Positions 32,553 through 44,797 of a DNA stretch of 64,000 bases are shown here, in pieces (the first letter of the stretch is position 1; each line of letters begins with the position of its first letter). A model generated the notes under the pieces. The model was not told the origin of the DNA, made no database searches, and worked only from the letters and a program-made list of their open reading frames with translations. The DNA is from Histomonas meleagridis 2922-C6/04-290x (taxonomy: Eukaryota; Protista; Parabasalia). The position numbers and the translations under genes were made by a program. The stretch lies in NCBI GenBank assembly GCA_020184695.1, contig JAANOX010000153.1, positions 682,001-746,000 of the forward strand. The letters run 5' to 3'.

Positions 32553-34339
32553 TTATTCAATATTATTTATTTCTGCTCTATAATGATTAACTTCTTTTAA
32601 CAACTTTAACAAAAGAGCTCTTTTTTCTGGCGAGCTTCCATTCTTATTAATGTCATCCAATAATTTTTTAAGTTGAACTTCACTTAAGTTTTCATTATGG
32701 TATATGTAATTTAAATTATTATTTTTTATGTAATGAAATTTTTGAAATGAAAAATCGAAATTTTGTTTTGATTTATTATTAAAATCATAAGAACCTTTTT
32801 CGAATCCTTCAATTATTACGCCAATAGTAAATTGTTTAAAAGTATTTAATGCTTCTTCATATTCATTTTTATGGTTATGTTTCATTTTAATATATTCTTT
32901 CCATTTTGAAAATGTTCAGTTTTAACATTAATTGCCCATTGTTTAATAGCAGACGAAACCAGAAAAAACAATTTTCTATTAATTAAATATCTTTTTTTCC
33001 ATATCATTAAATAAAACATTAAAATGTTTTCATTATGTAATGAGTTTAACATTTTAAATTTTTTATTTTTTTCATGCATTAAAACAAATGCATGAAATGA
33101 TTTTACATATAAACAAATATTCCTAAACTTAAGTGCAACTTTTATTGATTCTTTATAAGACATTTTAATTTTATAGTTACAATACCAATGATTAAAGTAT
33201 CGATTCATTTTTAATGTTTCTAATTTGTTTTTCATGTTTAATATTTGTGTTCTTTCATATACATTTATATTATAGTTATTATACCATTTATAAAAAGTAA
33301 AATTTAAAAGATAATTTTCGAATTCGAATTTCTTTTGTTTTATTTCATTATTAAATTTTAAGTTATTATTCCATTCATAAAAATACTTTTCGATATATAT
33401 AATTTCCAAATTCTCTTTAAGAAGTAAAAATTGTTCATTTAATGAATTAATTCGTTGTAAACTTATAAACCATTTTTCATAAAATTTCTTTAATAAAATT
33501 TTATCTTTAATTTGTTTTAATAATATTTCTTTGTTTGTTATTGTTAACATTTTTGTATTAAATTGGTTTTTATTTGCATTGAATTGATAAGAATTCTTAA
33601 TAATTTGTTTTAACTGTTTGTTTTGGTGAATCATATATTTCCATTTGCTAAAGAAAAAATTTGTTTTTTGCGTCTTTCTTCTTCTTTGAAAATATCTGAT
33701 CAATCTCTTAAAATGTAATTGAAGTCGCCAGTGCTTAATTGAATAATGCAGAAAATAGAATTGTTGAATTTCTTTTATCTTTGTTATGGCTTCTTTGGTA
33801 AATTTACTTGATTCTGTATATATTCGAAATGCATGAAATGTTTTAGCAAGCAATTTCACATTGTTTTCACACATATCATTATATTGCTTTTTCAAAGAAA
33901 GATAATTGAGCCATATATGTAGGAATTGGCTCTTGTATAATTTTCTCCTTAATTTCAAGATTTTGATAATTGCCTTCTTGTGTTGGGCTTTATGAAACAC
34001 CGTATTTTGCCAGCTTAAAAAATTCTTCTTAACTTGTATTTTATTTCCAATTATATGGAGCTTATTGATTAAATTAAATCTGACTTTCCATTTGAAAAAA
34101 GCTTTTTTCTGGTAAACCATAATTACGCGACGAAGAAAAATTATACGAGAAATACGAATTTGGTTCGAAAATATGGCTCGTTTTTTCCATTGAATTAATA
34201 ATGGACGAAGATGATTGATTTTATAAAAAGTTAAAGCCTTTATTTCATTACAATTTTGTTCTTTTCCTTTTTCTTTTTTCGAGGATTTGTAAAAAATTGG
34301 ATGTGTCTCAAATTCGATTTGAAACGAAGGATCATCCAT
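32553..34339 (-). CDS. Sfi1-like centrin-binding repeat protein, split by a one-base frameshift at 32882-32885
   Basis: Recurrent (F/Y)xxW(K/R) repeats in a basic helical protein; the two ORFs overlap at ATGA after an A4 run; likely ATG at 34339. Confidence 0.6.
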
Positions 34340-34505
34340 CGAAAAACGTTTAGAGATTTTTCGGTGTTTGGTAACCGTTGACGATAAAAAAGTTGGACAG
34401 AAATTTGAAAATGATGATGTTGATTTTTCAGAAAACGACGATGTTTTTGCATTGAATTTCCGGGCGGTTGTAACAAGATTTTTGAAAAAATTTATCAAAA
34501 CCATC

Positions 34506-35216
34506 ATGATGTCTGGGAAAAGTCATTCACTAAAGCACACAAGATCTGCGAATAAAAGCCCATTTGCAAGATTTTTGCGACACCCAAATTCGACAGTGAC
34601 AATAAAAAATATGACTCTTTCTGATATTCCAACACAAGCAACAAAGATATTCATTGTTATTAAACAAGGACGTAACAGACAAAATACACGTCCCACAAAC
34701 ATCGTTAAAAACGCAGTTCAATGGGATGAGGACTTGACTATTGAATGTAGGATTCCTTCAAAACCACCTTCCAAAAAAGGTGATTTATTACGATTTTCTT
34801 TTCGTCTTGAAGATAAGTCTGTTCACAAGCATGTCAGGTATGGCTTTTGTGAATTTGATTTAACAAATCTTCAAAATGATATACCTTTTACTTTTTCATC
34901 CATACTCGAAGACTGTCACTACCATACCTCTTTCCAATGCGATATTCAAGCACATCTGAATAAGACCATTGAAGAAATTCCTGAACTTCCATTCCAAGAA
35001 GTTCGTCGAGTTCACACATCAGATTCTATGCCACTTGACCTAAAGCCTCACAGTAATGGTTCATGTTCATCACAAGATGATGATATCGAACATGATTATC
35101 ATGCCCAACGAGATAACATGATTTTTGTTCTTCCATTCCAGGTAAATCCTGCTAAAATGGAAGACCTTAAAAAGCAAGTCGATGATGTCATTAACAACCT
35201 CATCAGTGCGTATTGA
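34506..35216 (+). CDS. NT-type C2 (EEIG1/EHBP1 N-terminal) domain protein
   Basis: VQWDEDLTIECRI...LRFSFR...YGFCEFDL is consistent with NT-C2; ATG at 34506, head-to-head with the Sfi1-like gene. Confidence 0.65.
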   Translation: MMSGKSHSLKHTRSANKSPFARFLRHPNSTVTIKNMTLSDIPTQATKIFIVIKQGRNRQNTRPTNIVKNAVQWDEDLTIECRIPSKPPSKKGDLLRFSFRLEDKSVHKHVRYGFCEFDLTNLQNDIPFTFSSILEDCHYHTSFQCDIQAHLNKTIEEIPELPFQEVRRVHTSDSMPLDLKPHSNGSCSSQDDDIEHDYHAQRDNMIFVLPFQVNPAKMEDLKKQVDDVINNLISAY

Positions 35217-35935
35217 TCACAAACAACAAAAAATTTTGTAGAAATACATATTTTATTAGAACAAATAAATTTTGTTTCGATTAAGTATAATATTGAATAA
35301 AATGTGCAATAATGTCATAGCATAGCGATGATATTTTTTATAAAAATCTTCATCACAGCCACTTTTAAGTATATTTCTATTGAAATCGATCAAAACCGCT
35401 CTGATTGCCATTTTTATGTCGTACTTTCAAATTGTGTATAAAGTTCAGAAAACACTTCGGGGTGATTATTGTTTTTGTGGAGGTTTAGTTTTCGAAGAAG
35501 ACATAGGCTATTGCATTGGGGGTGTCTTTGATTAGAAGAGAATTCACTGTGAAATCTCTGGAAATTGATAATTTCTCAATAACATCGGAGTCTATGTCAA
35601 AACTTGATATATTTTATTCAAAATCTTGATTAAAAACCACTCACATGAATGAACATGGGTTGCTTTTTGTCACTAAATGCCCAAATAAAATAATTTTCGA
35701 GAAAACAAGTATTTTTCAAATCGTTAAATTGATCTTTCATTCTATAAACATTAGATAGATTTAAATAAAAACCTAAACAAATTTTTAGATTTTTTGAGAC
35801 CTAAAAGAGTTGATTTTATCAAAGTTTAGCATAAACTTTTCCTTGGACAAATTTTTTTGTTTACAAGAAAAGTGTAATAAATGATTTGAAGATGTTGGCG
35901 AACGTTAAAAATATTATCCAGTCAAAACCGCTTAA

Positions 35936-35941
35936 TCATTT
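35936..35941 (+). promoter_or_regulatory. Inr element TCATTT
   Basis: Lies 5 nt upstream of the V-ATPase D ATG. Confidence 0.55.
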
Positions 35942-35946
35942 CCAAA

Positions 35947-36693
35947 ATGACGATGGTTCTTAATGTTGTACCTACACGTATGGAACTTCAAAATTTGAAG
36001 TCCAAATGCACTGCTGCTGTTCGAGGACATGATCTTTTAAAAAAGAAGAGTGATGCATTAACACTTAAATTTCGATCACTTCTTCGTGATATTCGTGAAA
36101 CAAAATTACAAGTTGGTGAACTTGCCAAAGAGGCTCTTTTTGCATTTACCGAAGTTAAGTTTGTTGCCAGTGATATTAGTCCCACAGTTATTCAAAGTGT
36201 TACAAACATGCCACAAATGCTTTTTATGACCATTGATAATATTGCAGGTGTTCGAGTTCCAAATTTCCAAAGAGTAAACACAGGTAATGATGTCAATACA
36301 TTAGTTGGTTTATCTCGTGGTGGTCAACAAATTCAAAAAGCACGTGAAGCATTTTCGAATCTTCTTGATGCGCTCATTCGATTATCCATGCTTCAAACGT
36401 CATTTGGTATCATTGATGAAGTTCTCAAAATCACAAATCGTCGAGTTAATGCCATGGAATATGTTATCATTCCTCGCTACCAAAACACCATTGCATTTGT
36501 TAACGACGGACTTGAAGAGGAAGAACGTGAATCGTTTTATCGTCTCAAGAAAGTTCAACAGAAAAGGAAAGAAATGGCCGAACAAGAAGAAGTGCAACGT
36601 TTGGCTCGATTTGCGAAGGACGCCGAGCCACAAGAGCAACAAGAAGTTAATTTGTTTGATGATTCTACCGATAGCTCCGATCTCTTATTTTAA
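35947..36693 (+). CDS. VMA8: V-type H+-ATPase subunit D
   Basis: PTRM, GHDLLKKKSDAL, NIAGV and ITNRRVNAMEYVIIP...ERESFYRLKKVQ motifs. Confidence 0.95.
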   Translation: MTMVLNVVPTRMELQNLKSKCTAAVRGHDLLKKKSDALTLKFRSLLRDIRETKLQVGELAKEALFAFTEVKFVASDISPTVIQSVTNMPQMLFMTIDNIAGVRVPNFQRVNTGNDVNTLVGLSRGGQQIQKAREAFSNLLDALIRLSMLQTSFGIIDEVLKITNRRVNAMEYVIIPRYQNTIAFVNDGLEEEERESFYRLKKVQQKRKEMAEQEEVQRLARFAKDAEPQEQQEVNLFDDSTDSSDLLF

Positions 36694-36740
36694 ATAAAAT
36701 GAAATTATTGATCATTTCATTGAATACATATTATATTTAT

Positions 36741-37715
36741 TCATTTATCAAAAATCTGCACTCGCTCGGTCTTGTTAAATTTGTTGAATATGAAGCCTTT
36801 CTTAATGTTTAGCCGCCATTTCATACATTGATGTGAACAAGCAGTTTGTTTGTATCCGACTTTTTGCGCAGCAAGTCGAAATGCTCGAAATGATGGACGA
36901 CTACATTTGTTTCGGCCATGAGGAAAATGAAAAACTGGAGGATTCCGTTGGTATGAAATGGAGTAATCGAATTTACCCATTTGATCATACATATAATTAT
37001 CCCATTTACAAAATCCTATCACATAATCTGGCATCTTAGAGATGTTAAATTTATTTTGTTCTTTCGCAAATAGAAATATATCCCCGCCTTTAGATTTATA
37101 TAAATCTGGCATTTTCATAAAGCGTTCTTCAAGTTCTGAATATGGCGTTTCGAAAAATGATTCGTTTTCTACTTGGATGTCAAGGCGTGCGATACCGAGA
37201 TATGTGTTATTCTTAAACTTTCTGACGATGGTTTTGGTGGTTTCATACCATCGATCTGGAATAACTATATCTGAATTAATAAATGCAACATATTCCGTGG
37301 TTGCCATTTGAACACCTGTAAGAAACCAATCACGAATTAATGGATTTCCATTATACCCTGTTTCTAATGGTTTATCAATTAATTTGACATTGGATGGATA
37401 TTGCTTTTTTATGGTTTCGTTCAATTCACTTGTAAAAATAACAACTTTTACATCAGGAAAACGAGTCCATGAATTGACCGCATATAAATGAAGTTTATGC
37501 TTATATCGAGTTGCATAGTATGGAGATGGAATCGTAAAAAAGGTTAAAAATTTATGGACTGATACATCAAACGAAAGTTGACTTGTTTTATCACTGAATT
37601 CTACAAAACAAGTGATAGTAAACATCAATAACAACAATAGTGTGTAATAGTTTTTCGTTTTTGGTTGGTAATATCTCCAGGAAAAATCGAACTTTTCATG
37701 TACTCCTCTTCCCAT
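36741..37715 (-). CDS. Type II membrane protein, probable GT-A glycosyltransferase-like
   Basis: N-terminal signal-anchor and YVAFINSDIV (DxD-like) motif. Confidence 0.55.
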   Translation of the reverse strand: MGRGVHEKFDFSWRYYQPKTKNYYTLLLLLMFTITCFVEFSDKTSQLSFDVSVHKFLTFFTIPSPYYATRYKHKLHLYAVNSWTRFPDVKVVIFTSELNETIKKQYPSNVKLIDKPLETGYNGNPLIRDWFLTGVQMATTEYVAFINSDIVIPDRWYETTKTIVRKFKNNTYLGIARLDIQVENESFFETPYSELEERFMKMPDLYKSKGGDIFLFAKEQNKFNISKMPDYVIGFCKWDNYMYDQMGKFDYSISYQRNPPVFHFPHGRNKCSRPSFRAFRLAAQKVGYKQTACSHQCMKWRLNIKKGFIFNKFNKTERVQIFDK

Positions 37716-38018
37716 TGTCCGGCTGCTTGTTCAGTGCCGGAGCGATTAAAACGTATTGAAATCCTGAACTATTTGAACGCCAACAAGAGGTTTTTGATAT
37801 GGCTGGGTTGGCCAACTTTAAGCGTTCAATATTGAATGCGTTTTGATTCAAAATTGAGTGGAAGAAAGTGGGTTAAATTTGTGCTTGAATATTCGAATAA
37901 AAAATTGGTTTGATCCCATTTGCCGAATTGTGCTTCAAACATCAAGTCATAGCATTCGCAGATTAAAAAACGATATGCGTAACTGTGCATGTCACACTTG
38001 AGCAGTATAGGTTATTAA

Positions 38019-38503
38019 TGCATCTCTAACGCCTCCTGCACAACCAACTGCCTTGCCCCAGTTGCTAAGACATTCAACGACGCCTTCGGCATCAAGAACG
38101 GTTTCATGACCACAGTCCATTCATACAAAAACGATCAAGTCGTTACCGATGTTATGCACAAGGATCTCCGCCGCGCACGTGCCGCCTGCATGAACATCAT
38201 CCCAACATCCACTGGTTCTGCCATCGCCCTCCCATGTGTTGTCAAGGCACTCCCATCAAAGTCTATGGAAGGTCTCTCACTCCGTGTTCCAACAATCACT
38301 GGCTCACTCGTCGATGTCACAATGAATGTTAAGAAGGAAGTCACAAAGGAAGAAGTTAACGAATTTCTTAAGAAGGTTGCGAATTTGAACAACTTAAGGG
38401 AATCATGAAGTTCTCAATGGAACCACTCGTTTCATTCGATATCATCGATGAGCCACACTCATCAATTGTTGATGGTTTCTTAACAATGGTCCTTCCAAAC
38501 CCA
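38019..38503 (+). pseudogene. GAPDH: GAPDH catalytic-domain fragment
   Basis: CISNASCTTNCLAP, DLRRARAA..NIIPTSTG and RVPT.TGSLVD motifs; no NAD-binding domain or start codon; one-base deletion near 38380; SYKNDQ and VSFDII changes at usually conserved sites. Confidence 0.9.
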
Positions 38504-39007
38504 GATTATCAGAAATATGAGTTTGTAATCTTCAAACAGTTGGTTGTGTCTTTTTTGTACTAAACAGTTTGGTGTATTGTCGGTTTTAAGCCTTTATTGA
38601 AGTTGTTCTGCCAAATTTTACATGAAAGCCCGAAGTTCTTCACTATAATCATCAAATTCTGTCATAACCGATAGGTAAATCCAACGGCAAACAACTGTTT
38701 TCGTAATTTAGTGTTTAAGAACTTCGAAAACAAAACAAGAAAAACCCAATTAATCAATTCACAAACAAGGGATTAACCAAAAGAACCAATCAATTATAAT
38801 TAACATGTTATATTCCATTGAAGAATTTCCACAATGAAAAAATCATTGAAGATCGAACCATACATTAATGAACCAAATTTACTTGTGGTTTGAAGTATTT
38901 AGAGGATTGCATGATGAAATTTGAATTTTAAAAGCAATTAAAAATATTTTGATAAGTTACATTTAATAAACTTGTTGTGATCATTTTTGGAAAGAGCAGG
39001 CACGTTA

Positions 39008-39784
39008 TCACTCCAATGGATGCGATGCAGATGCAGCCAACGATACCATGGCATTTCCGTTATTTACATCCATTTCAGTTACATCTTTTTCGTTTTTCTC
39101 CAACTCAGAAAGGATTGGAGAAGGAATTAATGTTTTATCATAAGCACCTTTTCTTTGATTCTTCTCGCGATATGCGCCTAATTCTTTAATAGCTTGGCCT
39201 ACAAAATTTTGGCAATTTTGTGACAGTAAATTGTAGTCATCACTTGTCCACGAGTATCTAGATTGTACTTTACCCAAAAGCTGACCAACAGTCATTGGAT
39301 TTTTGACGTGACATTCAAAGAATTCTGTTCCTTTTGATTTGCTTCGATACGCTATGTATTGTTCTTTTGTAACTACTGCAAATCTAAGACCATTTTCTTC
39401 TTCATTTAAGTAATAAACACGACTATGATATTCTCCTGCACGATGTTTATCATAAGTCCCAAATTCGATCAATACTCCGATGTCCGGATTTAATGAATAA
39501 TACGTAAATATGCTTGCATGAAAAAATAAACATGTGTTTGCTTTTAATTGTGCACGAATGGGACGAATGGCGTTCGAGATGTTATGACCTTCTTCCCATA
39601 TAATCGGTTCCAATGCTATATCTACCATGTTTACAAAAAGATTTAAACATTGTTCACGATCATGTGGTAAATTAGGATCTGGGTAATTTGGATCTTTAGA
39701 ACCTGATTCATATGATGCATTGTATAATGTACCGCTTACACCATAACCAATTTTTTGGAAAATTGTTTTTGCAATTGATTGCAT
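39008..39784 (-). CDS. PPPDE/DeSI-like permuted papain-fold peptidase
   Basis: Upstream His (LFFHASI) and DYNLLSQNCQNFV catalytic-Cys motif in permuted order. Confidence 0.55.
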   Translation of the reverse strand: MQSIAKTIFQKIGYGVSGTLYNASYESGSKDPNYPDPNLPHDREQCLNLFVNMVDIALEPIIWEEGHNISNAIRPIRAQLKANTCLFFHASIFTYYSLNPDIGVLIEFGTYDKHRAGEYHSRVYYLNEEENGLRFAVVTKEQYIAYRSKSKGTEFFECHVKNPMTVGQLLGKVQSRYSWTSDDYNLLSQNCQNFVGQAIKELGAYREKNQRKGAYDKTLIPSPILSELEKNEKDVTEMDVNNGNAMVSLAASASHPLE

Positions 39785-40145
39785 ATATAAAAAAATGCCA
39801 AAAACCGATAAAAAGTACGATAGATTTGTTTTCTGGCTTTTACTGTTGATTATAATCGTACCTCACAACCACAATATGGCCATATAGTGAATTCACTTTC
39901 TTTTATGTTTTGGATGAAAACATTATTACCCTCACTTAATTTAAAACATTATCGTTAAAAATAAAGTGTGCATCGCATGTGTTTAGAACCTTTTGTTTAT
40001 AAGACATTAACACCTCTTTTTAATGAAAAAATTAGACAAAGTTTTATCGTTTTGATTTGAACTTTTCTGTACGTTACTTCTCAATGTTATAAAATGTGAT
40101 GAAACCGTTTATTCTGTTGCCGAAAAAAGTTAAGTGAAAGAACGT

Positions 40146-41153
40146 TTAGAATCCATTACGGAACACGTCTGTTGACGCTGATTTATGATGTCCATACATG
40201 CCATAGTTAGGTTGGAACATATTCCTTGGTGGCTGTTGGTTTTGTTGACCAAGTTGTTCGCGGAGAGATGTGCCTGAATTACTTGGCATGTGAGATATCA
40301 TATCTTTTAGCTGTGAACGTGCATCTTGCTGTGGCTGTTGTTGTACTCTGTTGTTATTCATTCCAGCACCATTAAATGGATCGAAGTTGTACATGTTTTG
40401 ATTTTGTGGTTGACGCATTTGTTGTGGTTGGAACTGCTGCTGTTGGAATTGTTGTGGTTGGAACTGCTGTTGTTGAGGTGCAAAAATTTGATGCGGTGTT
40501 TGTTGTGGCTGATTGTAATATTGGTTTTGATTGAAGATTTGTTGCTGTGGAGTATATTGAGGTTGCTGTTGTTGCTGAGGTTGAGGTTGCATCAAATCGA
40601 ACAGTGGTTGGTTCTGAGGAGCAAGCTGAGAACGATTATTTGATGGAGACGTTGATAAGTCAAATAAATTTGTATTTTGAACCATCTGTGGTTGTGAAAC
40701 AGAACGAGAAACGCTTTGCTGTTCAGGAACGTGCTTCCTGTGTCTTTTGTGGTGACCATTTTTGAGTGCCTCAGCAGGTGGAATAGCGTTTGGATCGACC
40801 CATTTCTTTAATTCATACTTCATACGTATGAATTTAGTGAGGCCTTCTAAGTCATCTGTTGCAGGTCTTGGGTAATTAGCTGGAAGTCGAGCTTCCCAGT
40901 ATCTATTTGATACTTCGTTTCCAATTGACTCCATAACTGTAGCTTGTTCATCAGTCCATGAATCAAGGGTACATGATCTTACGAAAGTGATGTGTGTCCC
41001 AAGATTTCTATGTCTTCCGCTACAATTTATGCATATGAAAATCCCTAAAGTGGATGATGCCCATCTTGGATCTTTAGCGTGGCAATCTGCACAGTATGCA
41101 TTTTCTGGTCTATTCATTGCTGCTTGGACTCTCTTCTTTGCTTCAGCAGACAT
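40146..41153 (-). CDS. ArfGAP (SMAP-like) with a Gln-rich C-terminus
   Basis: CADC-x16-CINCSGRHR zinc finger, SCTLDSW and GNEVSN motifs. Confidence 0.93.
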   Translation of the reverse strand: MSAEAKKRVQAAMNRPENAYCADCHAKDPRWASSTLGIFICINCSGRHRNLGTHITFVRSCTLDSWTDEQATVMESIGNEVSNRYWEARLPANYPRPATDDLEGLTKFIRMKYELKKWVDPNAIPPAEALKNGHHKRHRKHVPEQQSVSRSVSQPQMVQNTNLFDLSTSPSNNRSQLAPQNQPLFDLMQPQPQQQQQPQYTPQQQIFNQNQYYNQPQQTPHQIFAPQQQQFQPQQFQQQQFQPQQMRQPQNQNMYNFDPFNGAGMNNNRVQQQPQQDARSQLKDMISHMPSNSGTSLREQLGQQNQQPPRNMFQPNYGMYGHHKSASTDVFRNGF

Positions 41154-41812
41154 CTAAAAAATGCGGTCAAATAGCCTTTCAATCTATTTATGAGAAACGG
41201 AAAATAACGTCTGAAAAAGTGGATACTTTACAAATGAAAACGATAAGATGGTTGAACATCTATAAATTTATAAAAACTTTTACTAGACATCAATAAAATT
41301 ATACTCACTTCATCGGATATATTTTCTATGCCACCTATGTATTTGTGGATACCGATGAAAATAAGCTAATTAAACCTATATTTCAGCAAGCAAATGGTTT
41401 TTCTTAATGGAATTTTTGAATGAAAAATGATCGGCTATTATCAAAACTGGAAGTTACAACCTTCTGGGTAAAATTTGTGCAAATTTTTTCATCATTAAGT
41501 CCAATTGTTAACCATAAATAATTTGTATTAACTTTACTTTTAGCATAAGTTGCCATTCGAATTAAGTCTATATATTCATTACTAAATGAAATTGCTAAAT
41601 AAAGTGGTTGCAGAAAGGTTCATAAACACTTCAGTTTTTGAATATAAATCCGATGATTTTCCATTCATTCGATTTTATCGTTGGGTTACAAACTTTGCAA
41701 TTAAATCCGACAAAGTAAACATTAATTGCTGCTGAAGTGTATAAATTTCCTTTACATTAAAAGTTTAAAATGAGAAAAAAAAAAAAACGCAATGAAAATT
41801 CAATGTTTTACA

Positions 41813-44305
41813 TTAATAATATGCATCATCATCGTCATCAGAATCCGCTATATTACCATGTATCCAAGCTCCTTTCTTATTATTTCTCGCCTCATTTTCG
41901 ATATTTTCGAACTCGTCCATTATTCCCTTAAATTGTTCGTCCAAATCCTCTACTGCGTATGATCTCACGATACCCTCATCCAACAGCACCGCGTTCATTG
42001 AGCCGCTATTAATATTACTTTGGTCGGTGAGCAAGATGTTTGGCATTCCGTCGTCGTACATCAGATGTGCGTAAAGTTGCGCGTCTTCAACTTTAGACCA
42101 AATGAATTCCATTGCGCTATTGTTGTAATCCTCGTCAATTCTAAATGGCTTTAATCCTGCCAATCTCACTGGCATCGCTTGTGGTGGTATTTTACTTATT
42201 GAGTCAGGTAATACTCTTAAGTCTTTGATATTAACTTCATCATTTATAGCCAATTCGAGGAATTCTATTTCTATTTCATCGCCTTTAACTTCTAATACTT
42301 TCCCTCTATATAATTTGTTCTCATATATTGCCGCTACTAAGTCGCCACGCATTACTTTACCTAATGTAATCTTTGCTTGTTTTAATCCTTCGTTAATTAT
42401 CTTTAATTCATTGGATTGTACTTGTATAATGATAGTGATAGGATCTAAGATATCAATGACTATTACACTATATACTTTGTTCGGTTCAAGTAATTTAACT
42501 TCATTAAGTTTTAATGACCATATTCCAACTTTGTTTGCCTTCGCCTTTTCTTCTGCTGCTTCCATTTCGCGTCGATTCATACATTTACTAATCGATGGCT
42601 TATGGATTTCAGTATAACCTTTCTCTAATAATTTCGATTCAAGACTATAAGTGTTATTACCTTCGACAATATTAATATTACCGATGAAACATCCGACTTT
42701 ATCGACAGATTGTACATGTAATTCGATATCGCGTTGTAAAAATGTGTTATTACAATATTCTAATGCTTCTGATCCAATACGTTCTTGTGTATCAGGTGCG
42801 ACTAATCCTTGTAAATTAACTCGGATAATACAATGTTGTTCTGGTATTAAAACAACAACACGTGTCGGTGTTACAAAGTATTCGATAACGCCATGATTAT
42901 TCTTTCGTTCAACATAATGTAAAAATGGTATTGAGCGTTGTTTCGAATGCTTATTTGATAAGTCATTAATTTGTGAATTTGGTTTGCTGCCACTATGGAT
43001 TCCAAGTTTCTTAGATTTAGCTGTTTGTTCAGCACGTAACATTCCATCAATTCGATCTGATGGTTTGTTATTCTTCGATGTTAAACATGAAGCATAACCA
43101 TGTTCAATTAATACTTCATTGATACAATCATTGCCTATATATACTGTGGCATATGGACGTTCTTCAACTGTATAATCAATGACACATTGGACATCTTTGC
43201 CAATTAATGTATGACGTAATAATTCTCGCGCTTCTAAGCCATATGGCTCTGATGTCGAGGATGGATTAAATTGTGGTACACGACAACAACTTAACCAAAT
43301 GCGGCGAATGGTATTTCCATCATTAACTTCAATGCTACTCGAACCTTTGATAGATACAACACGACCATCAACTCGGGTCGTACGTAATGTCTTAGTGTCA
43401 AAGTTCTTCCATAAGTTCTTCTTGGATTCTTTGGCGCGAAGTTCGGCTTTACGAATTTCTTCCGAATTTGGAATTAATACAGAAGTCTGATTGTTCATTT
43501 GTGCTAAGCCATCGGATACTAAAAAGACAGAGATGTCCCCATTGGGATGGAGAATCCTTCCAATGAAGTTACCCATCTCTTTATTGTATTGATATAATGT
43601 TATCTTAACTGTACGCTCAAGAAGACGTGCTTCACTAAAGGCTTTGGCTTCAGGGCCAAATAACTCTGGTGCGCCGCGTTTGGCCGAAGGTGTACGAATA
43701 CCTGCTAATTGAAGTGTGATATATTCAAGATTTGGAAAGAGCCAGACATTAAAGGTGGAGCCGTTGATGACTGATGAAACCATACCTTCGAATTCTTTTT
43801 GGGCTATTAGCTTTTGAGGAACATATTCTTTGGGAAGTGATCTGACAAATCCTTGTTCAGCCCAAATTCCAATTTTGGAATCTTTGGCAGATTGTTCAGC
43901 AAATTTTAAGTTAGAGACATAGTCATCTTCTTCTTTTTGTTGGTTTCGAACTTTTGCAAATCCACTTTCAACTAGAGCAAGTCCAAGGTCTTTATTTCCA
44001 CTGTCAAATAAGGAAACGCGTGCAATTGTTACTGGTAATAAACCATAGTTTGGATGATGACGCTTTAAATCAACGTGTCCTTTGATTGGACTATATATGA
44101 TTCTTTTACCTATTGTTAATTTTCTTGTGAAATCATATGCAGGCCATCCATTTGGTTCATCTTGAATTCTTCCATCAATTGACCCAATTTTTGGTGATTG
44201 AACACATTCAAGTGAAATAGCACCAATTGGTGATCCTGGTTGTTCAATCATTTTAACGGCAAGTGTGTCGCCTGAAATAACACCTACGACAAAGCCACGG
44301 GGCAT
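41813..44305 (-). CDS. SND1: Tudor staphylococcal nuclease (Tudor-SN/p100)
   Basis: Four SNase-like repeats (VISGDT, LAGIRTP, GLEARE, LQGLVAP), a Tudor-like segment (YRGKV) and a final SN repeat ending KGAW.HG; ATG at 44305. Confidence 0.92.
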   Translation of the reverse strand: MPRGFVVGVISGDTLAVKMIEQPGSPIGAISLECVQSPKIGSIDGRIQDEPNGWPAYDFTRKLTIGKRIIYSPIKGHVDLKRHHPNYGLLPVTIARVSLFDSGNKDLGLALVESGFAKVRNQQKEEDDYVSNLKFAEQSAKDSKIGIWAEQGFVRSLPKEYVPQKLIAQKEFEGMVSSVINGSTFNVWLFPNLEYITLQLAGIRTPSAKRGAPELFGPEAKAFSEARLLERTVKITLYQYNKEMGNFIGRILHPNGDISVFLVSDGLAQMNNQTSVLIPNSEEIRKAELRAKESKKNLWKNFDTKTLRTTRVDGRVVSIKGSSSIEVNDGNTIRRIWLSCCRVPQFNPSSTSEPYGLEARELLRHTLIGKDVQCVIDYTVEERPYATVYIGNDCINEVLIEHGYASCLTSKNNKPSDRIDGMLRAEQTAKSKKLGIHSGSKPNSQINDLSNKHSKQRSIPFLHYVERKNNHGVIEYFVTPTRVVVLIPEQHCIIRVNLQGLVAPDTQERIGSEALEYCNNTFLQRDIELHVQSVDKVGCFIGNINIVEGNNTYSLESKLLEKGYTEIHKPSISKCMNRREMEAAEEKAKANKVGIWSLKLNEVKLLEPNKVYSVIVIDILDPITIIIQVQSNELKIINEGLKQAKITLGKVMRGDLVAAIYENKLYRGKVLEVKGDEIEIEFLELAINDEVNIKDLRVLPDSISKIPPQAMPVRLAGLKPFRIDEDYNNSAMEFIWSKVEDAQLYAHLMYDDGMPNILLTDQSNINSGSMNAVLLDEGIVRSYAVEDLDEQFKGIMDEFENIENEARNNKKGAWIHGNIADSDDDDDAYY

Positions 44306-44797
44306 TTCTTCAAGTGAACTTTTTGATATGGCTTCCAACCGCTAACCAAATAAATGTCAAATGACTGACATGTTATCTAAAATTTTCTGGGGTTAATGTT
44401 CATTCGTGCAATAGATGAGAATCATTTGTTAAATCTCAAAGATATAAAAATCAAATTTCTTTAATCTAGTGCTTAATTTTTTTGAGAATTTACTGAAATG
44501 TGTATCTATTATAAATAATTAACAATAATTATCAAAAAAGAAAACATTGAAATATAATTAAAATTATAATTTATTATTTGTGATGATCACAGATATATTA
44601 AACGAAATTGATTCATAAAACGAAAATATTTATTATATGTAAATAAAATAGAGTATAAATCAACATTATTGATAAAGCAAGTTTATTATATCCACACAAA
44701 CCCCAAACCCAAAATTTTTGACAAGTTGATTTTCAAAAAGTTGGAACAAATAATGATAATGTGTTACGGTATTTCGTGTTTTTTAAAAGTTAAATGA

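Noticed and set aside
35280-35940. Coding-like sequence in intergenic gaps (also 37720-38010, 38530-38800, 41160-41800, 53000-53400)
   Set aside because: Interrupted by stops in all frames and not assignable to a family by eye; possibly old pseudogenes, but unsupported without a translated search.
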